Assembly: GCA_900546055.1 (NCBI GenBank)
Contig: URBG01000002.1
Coordinates: forward strand, 14,347-78,346
DNA length: 64,000 bases
Direction: 5' to 3'
Source of the DNA: an uncultured Mycoplasmatota bacterium
GTDB lineage: Bacteria; Bacillota_I; Bacilli_A; RF39; UBA660
The translations under genes were made by a program, and so were the position numbers. Positions 17,440 to 29,106 of this stretch are shown piece by piece. The notes below the pieces were generated by a model. It ran no database searches and was not told where the DNA came from. It saw nothing but the letters and a program-made list of their open reading frames with translations. How positions within the stretch are numbered: position 1 is the stretch's first letter; every line of letters begins with the position of its first letter.

Positions 17440-17922
17440 TTAAGCTAAACTAGTTCCGGAAGGTTTTTTCGTAATCACTCCTGCATAATGATTTCTATCT
17501 TCATCAAAAGTACTAGGAGGATAGCTTTCCAAACTGCACACACTTTCCACTTCTCGAATTTCTTGCATTATTTCACATGAAGGGACAGCTCCACTATTCT
17601 CAAATTCTTCATAAATAGTCTCATTTATTGTAGAAACTAAAGTGGCTTTTGAATTATATAATTCACTTAATAGCTTAAACCCAGAACATTTTGAAGCCAT
17701 TTGTCTACATCTGATAATTTCATCAATATTTTCTGTATAACATTGCTCTAAAAACTGTAAATCTGGATTTCCATCAATAATTCTCTGATTAGCTTCTAAT
17801 TTCTCATATAAATGACTTCTAACAGCTTCATCTTTTTTATTATTGTGAAGTAAATTATTCCTTTGCCAAATTAAGGGAAGAGGCAAATAACCGTCTCCAG
17901 GAAAATATACCATATCCATCAC
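17440..17922 (-). CDS. Hypothetical protein
   Basis: 160-aa ORF co-oriented with its neighbours. I recognise no motif. Confidence 0.4.
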   Translation of the reverse strand: MMDMVYFPGDGYLPLPLIWQRNNLLHNNKKDEAVRSHLYEKLEANQRIIDGNPDLQFLEQCYTENIDEIIRCRQMASKCSGFKLLSELYNSKATLVSTINETIYEEFENSGAVPSCEIMQEIREVESVCSLESYPPSTFDEDRNHYAGVITKKPSGTSLA

Positions 17923-17970
17923 CCACCATTTACAATTAAATTATAACATCTATTATCTCACAAAGTCAAT

Positions 17971-19038
17971 TTACTTATATAATTTAAAATGTAATTTACG
18001 TCTACTAAACTTTTCAATATCTTCTTTAAAGAACTTATAAGTTGCTAAAAGAACAATAGCTACAGGAAGTGATAATATAATTCCCATAATTCCAAATAAT
18101 ATGCCACCCGCAAACACGGAAGTAATTACTACTAGCGGATGGACTTTATTACTTTTTCCGTAAACCCAAGGATTAATAACATAACCATCAACTGCTGAAA
18201 AAATTAAAAATATAATACACGTTTTTAAAAACAATTCAGGACTGATAACAAAAGCCGTAATTGCCGCAATTATATTAGTTATAATTCCACCAAAATAGGG
18301 AATCAAATTACCGACACCAGCTAAAGTTCCAAGCAATAACGCATTAGGGTGACCTATTATAAAATATAAAATTGAATATTCAAAAAACGATATAAAGACA
18401 ATCTTAATAAATCCCGATAAATAATTGCCAAGCTCAGTATCAACTAAAGCCAGATAATAATATAATTTTTTATTTCTTCTAAGAAAGAACTTCTTAACTG
18501 AAAATTTAATTTTATCCATATCCGCTAAAAAGTAAATCATTGCTGCAATTATAATAAATAATTTAGAAATAATACTTATTGAAACACCAATAATATTAAT
18601 AGCTCCATTCGAAATATATGTTCCCAATTTTTCCAAAGTATCATTAAATGTTGTCGATAATTGATCCTGAACCGTACTAAATTCAACATTATATTTTAAA
18701 CTCATCTCTTTAAAAAACGAAATAATGCCATTGAAAATACTTCCTATCTGCTCCATAAATACGGGGGCAATTAAATAGATTAAAAGTCCAAACATTAAAG
18801 TAAAAAAGGCCAAAACCATAAAAATTGCTAAACCTTTGGGAATCTTATGATTAGTCAAAAAAGATACCAACGGATAAAGTGCATATGCAATAATAAATGC
18901 GATTAAAAAAGGTAGTAAGATTTCTGACAAAATACTTACTACCCCAAGCCAAAAGCTTCGCGTTTGATAAATCAAATAAATAATTAATATAAAAAGTCCA
19001 ACATTTAAAAGCTTATAATTAGGTCTATTTTTCACCAT
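17971..19038 (-). CDS. AI-2E family transporter (PerM/UPF0118)
   Basis: 355 aa, about 8 TM helices, with the GNLIPYFGG motif region typical of the family. Confidence 0.7.
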   Translation of the reverse strand: MVKNRPNYKLLNVGLFILIIYLIYQTRSFWLGVVSILSEILLPFLIAFIIAYALYPLVSFLTNHKIPKGLAIFMVLAFFTLMFGLLIYLIAPVFMEQIGSIFNGIISFFKEMSLKYNVEFSTVQDQLSTTFNDTLEKLGTYISNGAINIIGVSISIISKLFIIIAAMIYFLADMDKIKFSVKKFFLRRNKKLYYYLALVDTELGNYLSGFIKIVFISFFEYSILYFIIGHPNALLLGTLAGVGNLIPYFGGIITNIIAAITAFVISPELFLKTCIIFLIFSAVDGYVINPWVYGKSNKVHPLVVITSVFAGGILFGIMGIILSLPVAIVLLATYKFFKEDIEKFSRRKLHFKLYK

Positions 19039-19480
19039 TAGCCTTCCTGCTTTCTAATAATATCGTTACCGGTCCATCATTTTGAATAGAAACCAACATA
19101 TCCGCCCCAAAGATTCCCGTAGATACTTTAATCTTCTCAGCTAGTTTCTCATTAAATAGTGTGTATAATTTTTCAGCTTCTATACGGTTTATTGCACTAG
19201 TATAACTAGGTCGATTTCCTTTTTTAGTATCTGCATATAAAGTGAACTGTGAAATACTTAAAATTTCACCCTTAACATCTAGAATAGATTTATTCATTAT
19301 ATTATTTTCATCCTCAAATATACGCAAATTCAAAACTTTTTTAATCATATAATCAATGTCAGTTCCATCATCATCTTTAGCAAAACCAACAAGCAATACT
19401 AAGCCATTAGGAATTTGGCCAACTATTTTTCCATCTACACTAACCCTAGAAGCCAAACTACGCTGCACTAAAATTCTCAC
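19025..19480 (-). CDS. dtd: D-aminoacyl-tRNA deacylase
   Basis: MRILVQR N-terminus, SQFTLYADTKKGNRPSY and GPVT motifs. Sits downstream of relA as in Bacillus. Confidence 0.9.
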   Translation of the reverse strand: MRILVQRSLASRVSVDGKIVGQIPNGLVLLVGFAKDDDGTDIDYMIKKVLNLRIFEDENNIMNKSILDVKGEILSISQFTLYADTKKGNRPSYTSAINRIEAEKLYTLFNEKLAEKIKVSTGIFGADMLVSIQNDGPVTILLESRKANGEK

Positions 19481-21639
19481 TTTATCAGCCTCTCAACTTC
19501 AGTTACTGCTTCTAACATTTTAATATCATTCATAAACTTCAAAAGTTCCTCGCGATTTTTAACAACTACCGTCATTTCAATACTTTGGCTATCAATATCT
19601 TTTGTATTATTAACACTTTTAACACCGATATCATTATTAGCTGCTTTTGCAATAATTGATAACAATAAATCACTGCTTAATCCTGCATGAACTAATATCG
19701 TAGTTGGAAATTTTTCCTTATTTTCATTCCAACTAACTTCGATTAATCGTTCGTTTGTATTTGCCACATTTGGACAAACCATTCGATGAACATTAATTCC
19801 ATTGCCCTTAGTAATATAACCGACAATGCGATCACCTGGAACCGGTTTACAGCAAGATGCAATATTTACTTTAATATCATCAATTCCAGCTACCGAAATA
19901 ACATGGTCCTTATCGGCAACCTTCGCTAATTTAGAAGCTTTTTCTAATAACTTTTCCTCTTTACTAACTTCTTCTTTATAAGCCGCATCAAGTGCTGCAG
20001 CCACTGAAATCTTTCCAGAACCTATATTCGAATAAAGTTCAGTTAAAGAACTAACTTTAACTCCATTTAATAATTTAGTCGTAGTTTCTTCACTTTGAAA
20101 TTCTGAAATAGTGATTTTACGTTTTTTAAGTTCCTTAAGTAACGCATCTTCACCTTTTTTAATATTTTCATCTTTATCAGCCTTACTGAAAAAGTTTTTA
20201 ATTTTATTCTTAGCTTGTGTTGTCTTAGCAATTTTAAGCCATTCACGATTTGGTCCATGCGAATTATTACTTGTAATAACCTTAACTACATCATTGTTCT
20301 CAAGTTCATAATCTAATGGTACCATTTGTGAGTTAACGAGTACTCCGGTCATCGTATCGCCAACTTTTGTATGCACTTTATATGCAAAATCAATCGGCGT
20401 AGCCCCATTTGGCAGCTCAATAACATCTCCCATCGGCGTAAATACATAAATGGTATTTTTTAAAATGTCTTCCTTTACCGATTTAACAAATTCTTCAGGA
20501 TCTTCTTCATTATTTTTAAGTTCCATTATCGATTTAAAAAATTGCAATTTTTGCTCCATATCACTTTGAATAGCTGCTTTATTACTACCCTTTTCTTTAT
20601 ATGACCAGTGTGAAGCAATACCATTTTCGGCAATCCTGTCCATCTCATATGTTCTAATTTGAATTTCATATAATTGACCATCAGCCCCAAAAACCGTTGT
20701 ATGTAAAGATTGATACATGTTAGTTTTTGGCATCGCAATATAGTCTTTAAAACGATTTGGCTTTGGTTTAAATTTTGAATGAATAATTCCAAGTGTTTGA
20801 TAACATTCTTGTTCCGTGTTTACAAAAACTCTAAGCGCTAATAAATCAAAAATATCACTAAAACGCTTACCCTTATCAAGCTTTTTATAAATGCTGTAAA
20901 TACTTTTAGAACGTCCCTTAATCTCATGTTTAATTCCATGTTTATTAAGTAAATCCGAAACCGTCTCAATCATTTTTTGAACACTGGCATCTCGCTCAGT
21001 CTTCGTCGCATTAAGTTTTTCAACAATGTCATAATACTCATCAGGTTTTAAATAACGTAGCGATAATTCTTCAAGCTCCGATTTAATATTATTCATACCA
21101 AGACGATGCGCTATTGGGGTTAAAATATCCAAAGTTTCTTTTGCAGTTTCCTTTTGCTTCTTTTCATCCAAAACAAATAGCGTTTTCATATTATGAAGTC
21201 GATCAGCTAATTTAATAATAATAACTCTAACATCTTCTGATAAACCAACTAAGATTTTTCTTTGATTATTAATAACCGATTCACTATCACCAGAAAAATT
21301 GAGCTTATTTATTTTAGTGACCCCTTGAACAATTGATAAAATATCCTCGCCAAATATTTGTTTAAATTCTTCTAGATCAACATCGCCAGTTTCAAATACA
21401 TCGTGTAAAAGCGCTCCAGAAATTGTTGAAGCATCAGCTTGAATACTAGTTAAGATATAAGCAGCAGAAAGCGGATGAGTAATATAATCCTCCCCCGTTA
21501 AACGTTTCTGCCCAAAGTGCTTATCATATGCATATTTGTAAGCCTTTGTAATTAATTCTAAATCTTGCTCATCTGTGATATAAGTCTTAACCTTATCTTC
21601 AAGCATATCAAATGAACTGCATGACTTATATTTACTCAC
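19477..21639 (-). CDS. relA: Bifunctional (p)ppGpp synthetase/hydrolase (RSH)
   Basis: 720 aa with an HD domain (HDVFETG), a synthetase domain (YQSLHTTV, EIQIRT), and TGS and ACT-like C-terminal regions. Confidence 0.95.
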   Translation of the reverse strand: MSKYKSCSSFDMLEDKVKTYITDEQDLELITKAYKYAYDKHFGQKRLTGEDYITHPLSAAYILTSIQADASTISGALLHDVFETGDVDLEEFKQIFGEDILSIVQGVTKINKLNFSGDSESVINNQRKILVGLSEDVRVIIIKLADRLHNMKTLFVLDEKKQKETAKETLDILTPIAHRLGMNNIKSELEELSLRYLKPDEYYDIVEKLNATKTERDASVQKMIETVSDLLNKHGIKHEIKGRSKSIYSIYKKLDKGKRFSDIFDLLALRVFVNTEQECYQTLGIIHSKFKPKPNRFKDYIAMPKTNMYQSLHTTVFGADGQLYEIQIRTYEMDRIAENGIASHWSYKEKGSNKAAIQSDMEQKLQFFKSIMELKNNEEDPEEFVKSVKEDILKNTIYVFTPMGDVIELPNGATPIDFAYKVHTKVGDTMTGVLVNSQMVPLDYELENNDVVKVITSNNSHGPNREWLKIAKTTQAKNKIKNFFSKADKDENIKKGEDALLKELKKRKITISEFQSEETTTKLLNGVKVSSLTELYSNIGSGKISVAAALDAAYKEEVSKEEKLLEKASKLAKVADKDHVISVAGIDDIKVNIASCCKPVPGDRIVGYITKGNGINVHRMVCPNVANTNERLIEVSWNENKEKFPTTILVHAGLSSDLLLSIIAKAANNDIGVKSVNNTKDIDSQSIEMTVVVKNREELLKFMNDIKMLEAVTEVERLIK

Positions 21640-21652
21640 ATAATCACCTCTC

Positions 21653-23923
21653 TTAAGAGTTTATGCCTTTAATTTGAAGTTCATCGATATCATCATCGAT
21701 GACTACTTTTTTCTTACGTTTAGGTTTTCCCTCTTTTATATTTTTCTTCGTAATTTCAAGCCACATTTGACTGGCAACAAATAATGAAGAAAGTGTTCCA
21801 GCAACAAGCCCAATTAATAGTGCTACATTAAATTCAAAGATATCATGTGAACCTAAGAAAATTAATGCAAGTACCGGAATTAAAGTTGTACAAGTTGTAA
21901 TAATACTACGATTTAAAATTTCTCTTAAACTGTGATTTACCACTTCATTTATTTCTTCTGGATCTTTTATTGTACCCTTTTTCTTCATATTTTCACGAAT
22001 ACGGTCAAATGTAATAATTATATCATTAACCGAGTATCCAATTATTGATAAAATAGCTGCAATAAATATACTAGAAATTTCAAGACGTAAAATACTAAAT
22101 AATGACACAGTAACTAAAACATTAAGAAGTAACGCCATAACGCAACTAACGCCATAACTAAATTTAAATCTAAATGAAATATAGGCAACTATCGCAATCG
22201 CCGCAATTATCAAAGATAAAAGAGCATTTTTGATAAGTTCTTGTTTTACCACTGTTGATATAACACCAACATCAGTAGATGCATCATATTTATCGGCAAA
22301 GTATTTTTCAGTACTCATTGATTTATTTTTTGAAAGTGAGTCAGTAATCTTAATTGAATAAGAGCCATCAGTTTGTTTTTCAAAATCATACATGTCATAA
22401 CCTAATTTATCGATGTCACGTTCAATTTTTTGTTCAGTCAACTGTTCATTAGTTTTCAAAGTAATAACAGTTCCACCTTTGAAATCAACGCCTAGGTTAA
22501 GTCCCATTTTAAACAATGAGAAAATACCAACCACACTAATTAAAACAGCAATAATTAAGAACACCTTACGGTCCTTAACAAAATCCAATTTTTGATAGAA
22601 ATATTTAGTTCTTTTTTCTTTGTGGGCAACATCTGGAATATCTTTTGGTTTAACTCCAATAAATAATCTTGGATGATTATCAAAAGCTCCTGTTTCCACG
22701 TATTTCTTCATCAACCATCTTGTAAAGAATACCATTATAATCATTGTCATAAATACACTAATTATAAGCATTGTTGCAAATCCCTTAACACTACTTTGAC
22801 CAAAGATAAACAAAATAATTGCAGTAATTAAAGTAGTTATATTTGCGTCCAAAATCGTTCCAAATGAATTTTTGTCACCATTTTTCAAAGCCGACTGTAC
22901 TCCTCTACCTTCGTAAAGTTCATCCTTAATACGCGAAAAGTTAATAACATTCGAATCGACGGCCATTCCAATACCAATGATCATCGCTGCAATACCTGGT
23001 AATGTCAGTGTTCCACCGATCAGCCAGAATATAAAGAATGTAAGCGACGCATAGATAACGATTCCAATACTCGCCATAAGCCCTGAAAATCTATAGATAA
23101 TAATCAAAAATAAACAAATTAAAACAATTCCAACTACCCCAGCAGTTGCTGTTTTTGTAAGTGAATTTTCACCAAATGAAGCTCCAACACTTTTTGAAGA
23201 CACTTCAACTAATTTAGTTGGCATACTACCTGAATTAATTAAATCAACTAAATTTTGAACTTCTTCTTGTTCAAAGTTTCCTTGGATAATAACATCACTA
23301 CTAAATCCTTGTGAAACAGTTGCTACTGAAAGACATTTTGAATCATTTAAAGACCCACATTTACTACCTTCAGTCGCAAAAGAATCTTCTTTTTCGTCAT
23401 AATCTAACCAAATAACAATTCTATTATCTTCCATCTGACTAACTTTTTTAGTTATCTTATAAAATTCATCTTTATCCTTAATACTTAAAGAAACTACTGG
23501 TTTTCCACTTTCATCTTGACCAACCTTAGCAGCTCCACTGCGCAAAACATCACTAGTCATCAGCAAATTATCTTTAGTATCTCTAAATGATAAACTAGCC
23601 GTTTGACTAAGGACATTACGAGCATCATCGGCATTGTCAATTCCTGCAAGCTGTACTCTAATTTTATCGCCTTCAATATCGATTGTTGGCTCTAAAACTC
23701 CTAAAACGTCAATACGTTTAACTAATGTTTTATATGTAGAATTAACCATGTCACTGGTTACTTTTTCTTTTCCATCAATACTTTCTACTTGATATAAAAC
23801 TTCAAATCCACCCTGTAAATCAAGTCCAAGTTTAACATTTTGTAAAACTGGAATTAATAAACCAATTGCTGCTGCAAGTAATATAGCAGTAAGCACAATT
23901 TTTGATATTAATTTCTTCTTCAT
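21653..23923 (-). CDS. secDF: Fused protein-export membrane protein SecDF
   Basis: About 756 aa with two 6-TM SecD/SecF modules (LDLQGG, GVDFKGG). Start set at the ATG at 23923 (MKKKLISK) after GGAGAG. Confidence 0.9.
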   Translation of the reverse strand: MKKKLISKIVLTAILLAAAIGLLIPVLQNVKLGLDLQGGFEVLYQVESIDGKEKVTSDMVNSTYKTLVKRIDVLGVLEPTIDIEGDKIRVQLAGIDNADDARNVLSQTASLSFRDTKDNLLMTSDVLRSGAAKVGQDESGKPVVSLSIKDKDEFYKITKKVSQMEDNRIVIWLDYDEKEDSFATEGSKCGSLNDSKCLSVATVSQGFSSDVIIQGNFEQEEVQNLVDLINSGSMPTKLVEVSSKSVGASFGENSLTKTATAGVVGIVLICLFLIIIYRFSGLMASIGIVIYASLTFFIFWLIGGTLTLPGIAAMIIGIGMAVDSNVINFSRIKDELYEGRGVQSALKNGDKNSFGTILDANITTLITAIILFIFGQSSVKGFATMLIISVFMTMIIMVFFTRWLMKKYVETGAFDNHPRLFIGVKPKDIPDVAHKEKRTKYFYQKLDFVKDRKVFLIIAVLISVVGIFSLFKMGLNLGVDFKGGTVITLKTNEQLTEQKIERDIDKLGYDMYDFEKQTDGSYSIKITDSLSKNKSMSTEKYFADKYDASTDVGVISTVVKQELIKNALLSLIIAAIAIVAYISFRFKFSYGVSCVMALLLNVLVTVSLFSILRLEISSIFIAAILSIIGYSVNDIIITFDRIRENMKKKGTIKDPEEINEVVNHSLREILNRSIITTCTTLIPVLALIFLGSHDIFEFNVALLIGLVAGTLSSLFVASQMWLEITKKNIKEGKPKRKKKVVIDDDIDELQIKGINS

Positions 23924-23933
23924 GTTCTCTCTC

Positions 23934-24206
23934 CTAACTGTCAAAATATACCTTTCTAGTTCTTCTATTTAATTTACCTTTGAAATAATCATCGATAATT
24001 GCATTATCACTGCTAAAAATATCACTAACCATTTCATTTAACGCTAAATTCTTACTATTTTTCCATTTACTTTCCTTCAAGTAGTTCCACACATCTTCGA
24101 CTGTTAAATACTCATAACCGTCTCTTTTTAGTTCAGCTACTTTAGATCTAAGTGCTGGCTGTAATCTTTCATAGAGTTCACTTGCACTATTAAATTCCAT
24201 ATCCAT
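23934..24206 (-). CDS. comN: Post-transcriptional regulator ComN/YrzD-like
   Basis: 90 aa. VEDVWNYLKESKWK and EMVSDIFS resemble the ComN family. It lies immediately upstream of secDF, as in B. subtilis. Confidence 0.6.
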   Translation of the reverse strand: MDMEFNSASELYERLQPALRSKVAELKRDGYEYLTVEDVWNYLKESKWKNSKNLALNEMVSDIFSSDNAIIDDYFKGKLNRRTRKVYFDS

Positions 24207-24314
24207 ATTTTCCCTCCATCAAGCGTCCATTAACATTATATCTTAAATTCCATTATTTTTAAAGAGTTAAAAGAAAAAAATAAATATAATAGACTAAAAC
24301 ATTTAAAAACCTCA

Positions 24315-24908
24315 TTACTGAGGTCTTCTTAATGTATAAACATCATGGGCCAAGGAATTTCTAGTGTTTTGACAAAAACTATTAAATTCATCCTTAAAAG
24401 TCAAAACACTTTTTCTATTGTTTTCCCAAATACTAATCCTCTGCTCAAATTCATCTTCTTCAATGGTGTGCAAATCTAAATCGTGGACAAAAGGCCTTTT
24501 TACACCTTTGTTTTTCAAAGTTTCATTTGTTTCGCCAGATAGCATCATTATTTCAAGCCCTTCGTCAACTATATCAGAATCAATATTATATAAATAATTA
24601 TAAGATAATACATCTAAACGATTTCCTGTAAAATACTCATAGATTGATCCCTCTTTACCATAAAAGTAAATACTTTTGAAATGATTTCGAAACATTAATC
24701 TAAAATTTAAAATAGACATGGCAAAAGGAAATTCAATTAACCTGTTTAACTTTCCTGCCACCATATAGCTACTAGCAAAATACATTTTTCCATCTTCTAT
24801 CTCCGTAGGATGATAATCTCTTTCATTGCATTCAAAAGGAAATTCTAGTGGCCTATGTAAACCGTAATAACGTTTTCTGTAAGAATCATCAGTTTTAATT
24901 AACGACAT
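24315..24908 (-). CDS. Hypothetical protein
   Basis: 197-aa ORF followed by a CCTCA-GTAA-TGAGG-TTTTT terminator overlapping its stop. No recognisable motif. Confidence 0.45.
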   Translation of the reverse strand: MSLIKTDDSYRKRYYGLHRPLEFPFECNERDYHPTEIEDGKMYFASSYMVAGKLNRLIEFPFAMSILNFRLMFRNHFKSIYFYGKEGSIYEYFTGNRLDVLSYNYLYNIDSDIVDEGLEIMMLSGETNETLKNKGVKRPFVHDLDLHTIEEDEFEQRISIWENNRKSVLTFKDEFNSFCQNTRNSLAHDVYTLRRPQ

Positions 24909-24997
24909 ATTATCACCTCATAATTTTCACATTATAGCACTTTTATTTTTTATAAGCAATGAACTCATAATAAAGACAAGTTATCATATAATCTAAT

Positions 24998-26302
24998 ATG
25001 ACAAAGATAAGAGGAAATTTATTTATAAAATCAACTATTTTATTAATTATTGGTGGCGCCATCACAAAAGTTGTCAGCATGTTTATCAAAATAGTTTTAG
25101 CTAGATTAATCGGAACCGAGGGTATGGGTATTTATATGCTTATATCCCCTACTTTTATGCTATTAATGGCTTTAGCCCAATTAGGCTTTCCTGTAGCTAT
25201 CAGCAAACTAGTTGCTGAAGAAAACAAAAACAATAAAAACTTAGTTTTTTCAATTATCCCTATTTCTTTAATAATAAATGTTATCATTATGATATTTATG
25301 ATATTCGCAAGTGGCTACATCAGTCAAAATCTACTTCATGATGAAAGAAGTTATTATGCCTTAATATGCATTGGTTTTGTCTTACCATTTATCAGTATTT
25401 CAAGTATTTTAAGAGGCTATTTTTTTGGTAAACAAAATATGCTTCCCCATGTAATTTCTAATATTACTGAAGATATTATAAGATTAATAAGCTTGATAAT
25501 TGGCATCCCTATATTCATTAAATTTGGATTAGAATATGCAGTTGCTTTTGTTGTCTTAACTAATGTAATTAGTGAACTCACTTCCATTTTAGTTTTATTT
25601 TTCTTTCTCCCTAAAAATTTTAAATTAACAAAAAAAGATTTAATACCAAACAAGGGCAATATTAGAGAAGTTTTTAACATCGGAATTCCAACTACAATGA
25701 GTCGTTTAATTGGAACAGTCGGATATTTCTTTGAACCAATTATTTTAACATATTGTTTAATAAAAGGAGGCTATACTAATAGTTTTATCGTCAACGAATA
25801 TGGAGTCATCAATGGTTTCATCATGCCCCTAGTTTTACTTCCATCGTTTTTCACCATGGCCATCAGTCAAGCCTTAATTCCAAACATCAGTAAAGCCTAC
25901 TCTCGAAAACACTATTTATATACTGGAAACAAGATAAAATTAGCTATTGGGCTTTCACTTTTAATCGGTATTCCTGCTACAATAATTTTTGAATTAGTTC
26001 CTGAAATACCTATGAAATTTATTTATAATACCACCGCTGGTATTGAATACATTAAAGTTTTAGCTCCGATCGCCTTATTTCATTATATTCAAGCTCCATT
26101 AACCGCCAGCCTGCAAGCTATGGGCAAAGCTAACGAAGCTATGAGTGGTACTTTAATTGGTACTATCGTTAGAATTATTTCACTTTTTGTTTTCTGCCAA
26201 TTTCACATTGGTCTATGGGGTCTTATTTGGTCAAGCGCTTTAAATATGATAGTCGTTACTATCCATCAATATATTCACGTCAAAAAAGCCTTAAAAAAAT
26301 AG
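24998..26302 (+). CDS. MOP-superfamily flippase (SpoVB/MurJ-like polysaccharide biosynthesis protein)
   Basis: 434 aa polytopic protein. The N-terminus (ARLIGTEGMGIYMLISPTFMLLMALAQLGFPVAISKLVAEE) matches the SpoVB/MurJ pattern. Same chromosomal neighbourhood as B. subtilis spoVB. Confidence 0.7.
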   Translation: MTKIRGNLFIKSTILLIIGGAITKVVSMFIKIVLARLIGTEGMGIYMLISPTFMLLMALAQLGFPVAISKLVAEENKNNKNLVFSIIPISLIINVIIMIFMIFASGYISQNLLHDERSYYALICIGFVLPFISISSILRGYFFGKQNMLPHVISNITEDIIRLISLIIGIPIFIKFGLEYAVAFVVLTNVISELTSILVLFFFLPKNFKLTKKDLIPNKGNIREVFNIGIPTTMSRLIGTVGYFFEPIILTYCLIKGGYTNSFIVNEYGVINGFIMPLVLLPSFFTMAISQALIPNISKAYSRKHYLYTGNKIKLAIGLSLLIGIPATIIFELVPEIPMKFIYNTTAGIEYIKVLAPIALFHYIQAPLTASLQAMGKANEAMSGTLIGTIVRIISLFVFCQFHIGLWGLIWSSALNMIVVTIHQYIHVKKALKK

Positions 26303-26310
26303 CTTTATAG

Positions 26311-26820
26311 CTATTTTTGTGAATAGTTAACTTGAACAGTTACCGATTTGTTACCAACTGTTGCTTTACTTCCAGCAGCCGGATTATAATAAGCCTTAAT
26401 TTTCATGTTAGCACTTTCTCCAACTTTTAGTTCATCGCCAACTTGTAATCCACTAATATCAAATAAAACTAAATCATTAGCTTCGTTAGCTGGAAAAAGA
26501 TAAATGCTCGAAACTTTAGCATCTAAAGTTCCCATATTTTTAACCGTAAAATCATATGTTATAGCATCTCCTGATGCGCCTAAATATATATTAAAATTAG
26601 CTGAAGTTTCACTATATTCTAGCGGTGAAAGTTCCTTAGCGCTGCCAGACACATCACTTCGAATAACATTAGTAAAACCAATATTCCATTCACTACCAGT
26701 AGCTTTAGTTGATAATTTAGACGCTAAAGGTTGCGCGAAAGTAGCATAACCTACAGTCATAAGTGCAACAATTAATACCAAAATAAATACATGATTTTTA
26801 TCTTTCCTTCTCATAAACAT
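26311..26820 (-). CDS. Secreted or anchored beta-sandwich protein; paralog of the N-terminal module of 38012-39274
   Basis: The N-terminus (hydrophobic-VGYATFAQ), WNIGFTNV and GDAITYDFTVKNMGTLDAKV align residue-for-residue with MAVGYAAFQT, WNVKITKV and GDSIEYDITVSNTGSLDAKL of the 420-aa protein. The signal peptide resembles the SipW/TasA-type AxF class (inference). Confidence 0.6.
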   Translation of the reverse strand: MFMRRKDKNHVFILVLIVALMTVGYATFAQPLASKLSTKATGSEWNIGFTNVIRSDVSGSAKELSPLEYSETSANFNIYLGASGDAITYDFTVKNMGTLDAKVSSIYLFPANEANDLVLFDISGLQVGDELKVGESANMKIKAYYNPAAGSKATVGNKSVTVQVNYSQK

Positions 26821-26932
26821 ACCCTTCTTTACTTTAAACTACTGTTTAAAGTATATCATACCATTATCGCTTTTTCAAGCTTGTAATTCATATTTTTAAA
26901 GCCCTTACATAAAGTTAATTAGGAGGATTCTT

Positions 26933-27301
26933 ATGAAATACTTTAAAAAAATATTAAAAAGCTTTTTATTTGCTGCTGGCAGCATTATAATCTTGACATT
27001 CTTATTTACTGTTTTAAACTACTTTGACATTATTAATGGAAAAGTAATGAGCATTGCTAAAGTAATTATCCCACTTTTTTCACTAGCCTTAGGTGGATTT
27101 ATAATGGGCAAAAATGCCAATAAAAATGGTTGGCTAGAAGGTGCCAAAATAGGACTTATTATCATTTTATTAATTGCTATTGGCAATCTAATCTTTAGTC
27201 AAAGCATTAGCTCTAAAGACTTTATCTTCTATGCTTTACTACTAATAAGCGCTATTTTTGGTAGTATGTTTGGTATTAACATGAAAAAAGAGACAAAATA
27301 A
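26933..27301 (+). CDS. Small 4-TM membrane protein, YrzE/TIGR04086-like
   Basis: 122 aa with four TM helices. Its position between the spoVB-like gene and tgt matches B. subtilis yrzE. Confidence 0.45.
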   Translation: MKYFKKILKSFLFAAGSIIILTFLFTVLNYFDIINGKVMSIAKVIIPLFSLALGGFIMGKNANKNGWLEGAKIGLIIILLIAIGNLIFSQSISSKDFIFYALLLISAIFGSMFGINMKKETK

Positions 27302-27321
27302 AAAGCTAAAATAGCTTTTTT

Positions 27322-28434
<1,113 letters not shown>

Positions 28435-28458
28435 CTACCTCGCTTAATAAATTATATA

Positions 28459-29106
28459 TTATTTACTTTGATTTTGCAAGATCGACTTAATAAATGCCCT
28501 AAATATTTTATCACTATTATCATCATCCAAAATTTCTGGGTGCCACTGCACCCCCAAATAAAAATTTTTCGTTTTATCTTCTAAAGCTTCTACGGTATCT
28601 TCATAGTTCGCAACTTCACTTAATTTAGTCTTAAATACTCTTTCATTATGTTTACTATTAACAAAAATATATTCCTTTCCAATAATTTCATAAAGCATAC
28701 TATCCTTATTAATCTTAACATAATGGGCATATTTACTTTTAACATTGTGATTGGTATCGTTTAAAATAATTCCCTCAAAAGCCGCCCCCATTGTTTGCAT
28801 TCCAAGACAAATACCTAAAGTAGGTATATTAGCCTCGTATAAATATTTAGCAATCATTACATCATAATGGTTCATTTCTTCGCCACCTTGTAACACAATT
28901 CCATCACAAATATTAATTAATCTTTTCATTTGATCAAACTCTTTTTCATTAACACATTTATTAAAATCCATACCTTGAACATTTGGAACTATTCCGATTG
29001 GAAAACAATCATAGTTATATAACTTATCGCAAACCTTTTTATATATTAATACTCCATCATTATCCAAATCAGTCTTTGCTGGTCTACCAATTATCCCAAT
29101 CACCAT
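28459..29106 (-). CDS. Class I glutamine amidotransferase / peptidase C26 (gamma-glutamyl hydrolase-like)
   Basis: LGICLGMQ nucleophile elbow and GVQWHPE motif. Confidence 0.7.
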   Translation of the reverse strand: MVIGIIGRPAKTDLDNDGVLIYKKVCDKLYNYDCFPIGIVPNVQGMDFNKCVNEKEFDQMKRLINICDGIVLQGGEEMNHYDVMIAKYLYEANIPTLGICLGMQTMGAAFEGIILNDTNHNVKSKYAHYVKINKDSMLYEIIGKEYIFVNSKHNERVFKTKLSEVANYEDTVEALEDKTKNFYLGVQWHPEILDDDNSDKIFRAFIKSILQNQSK

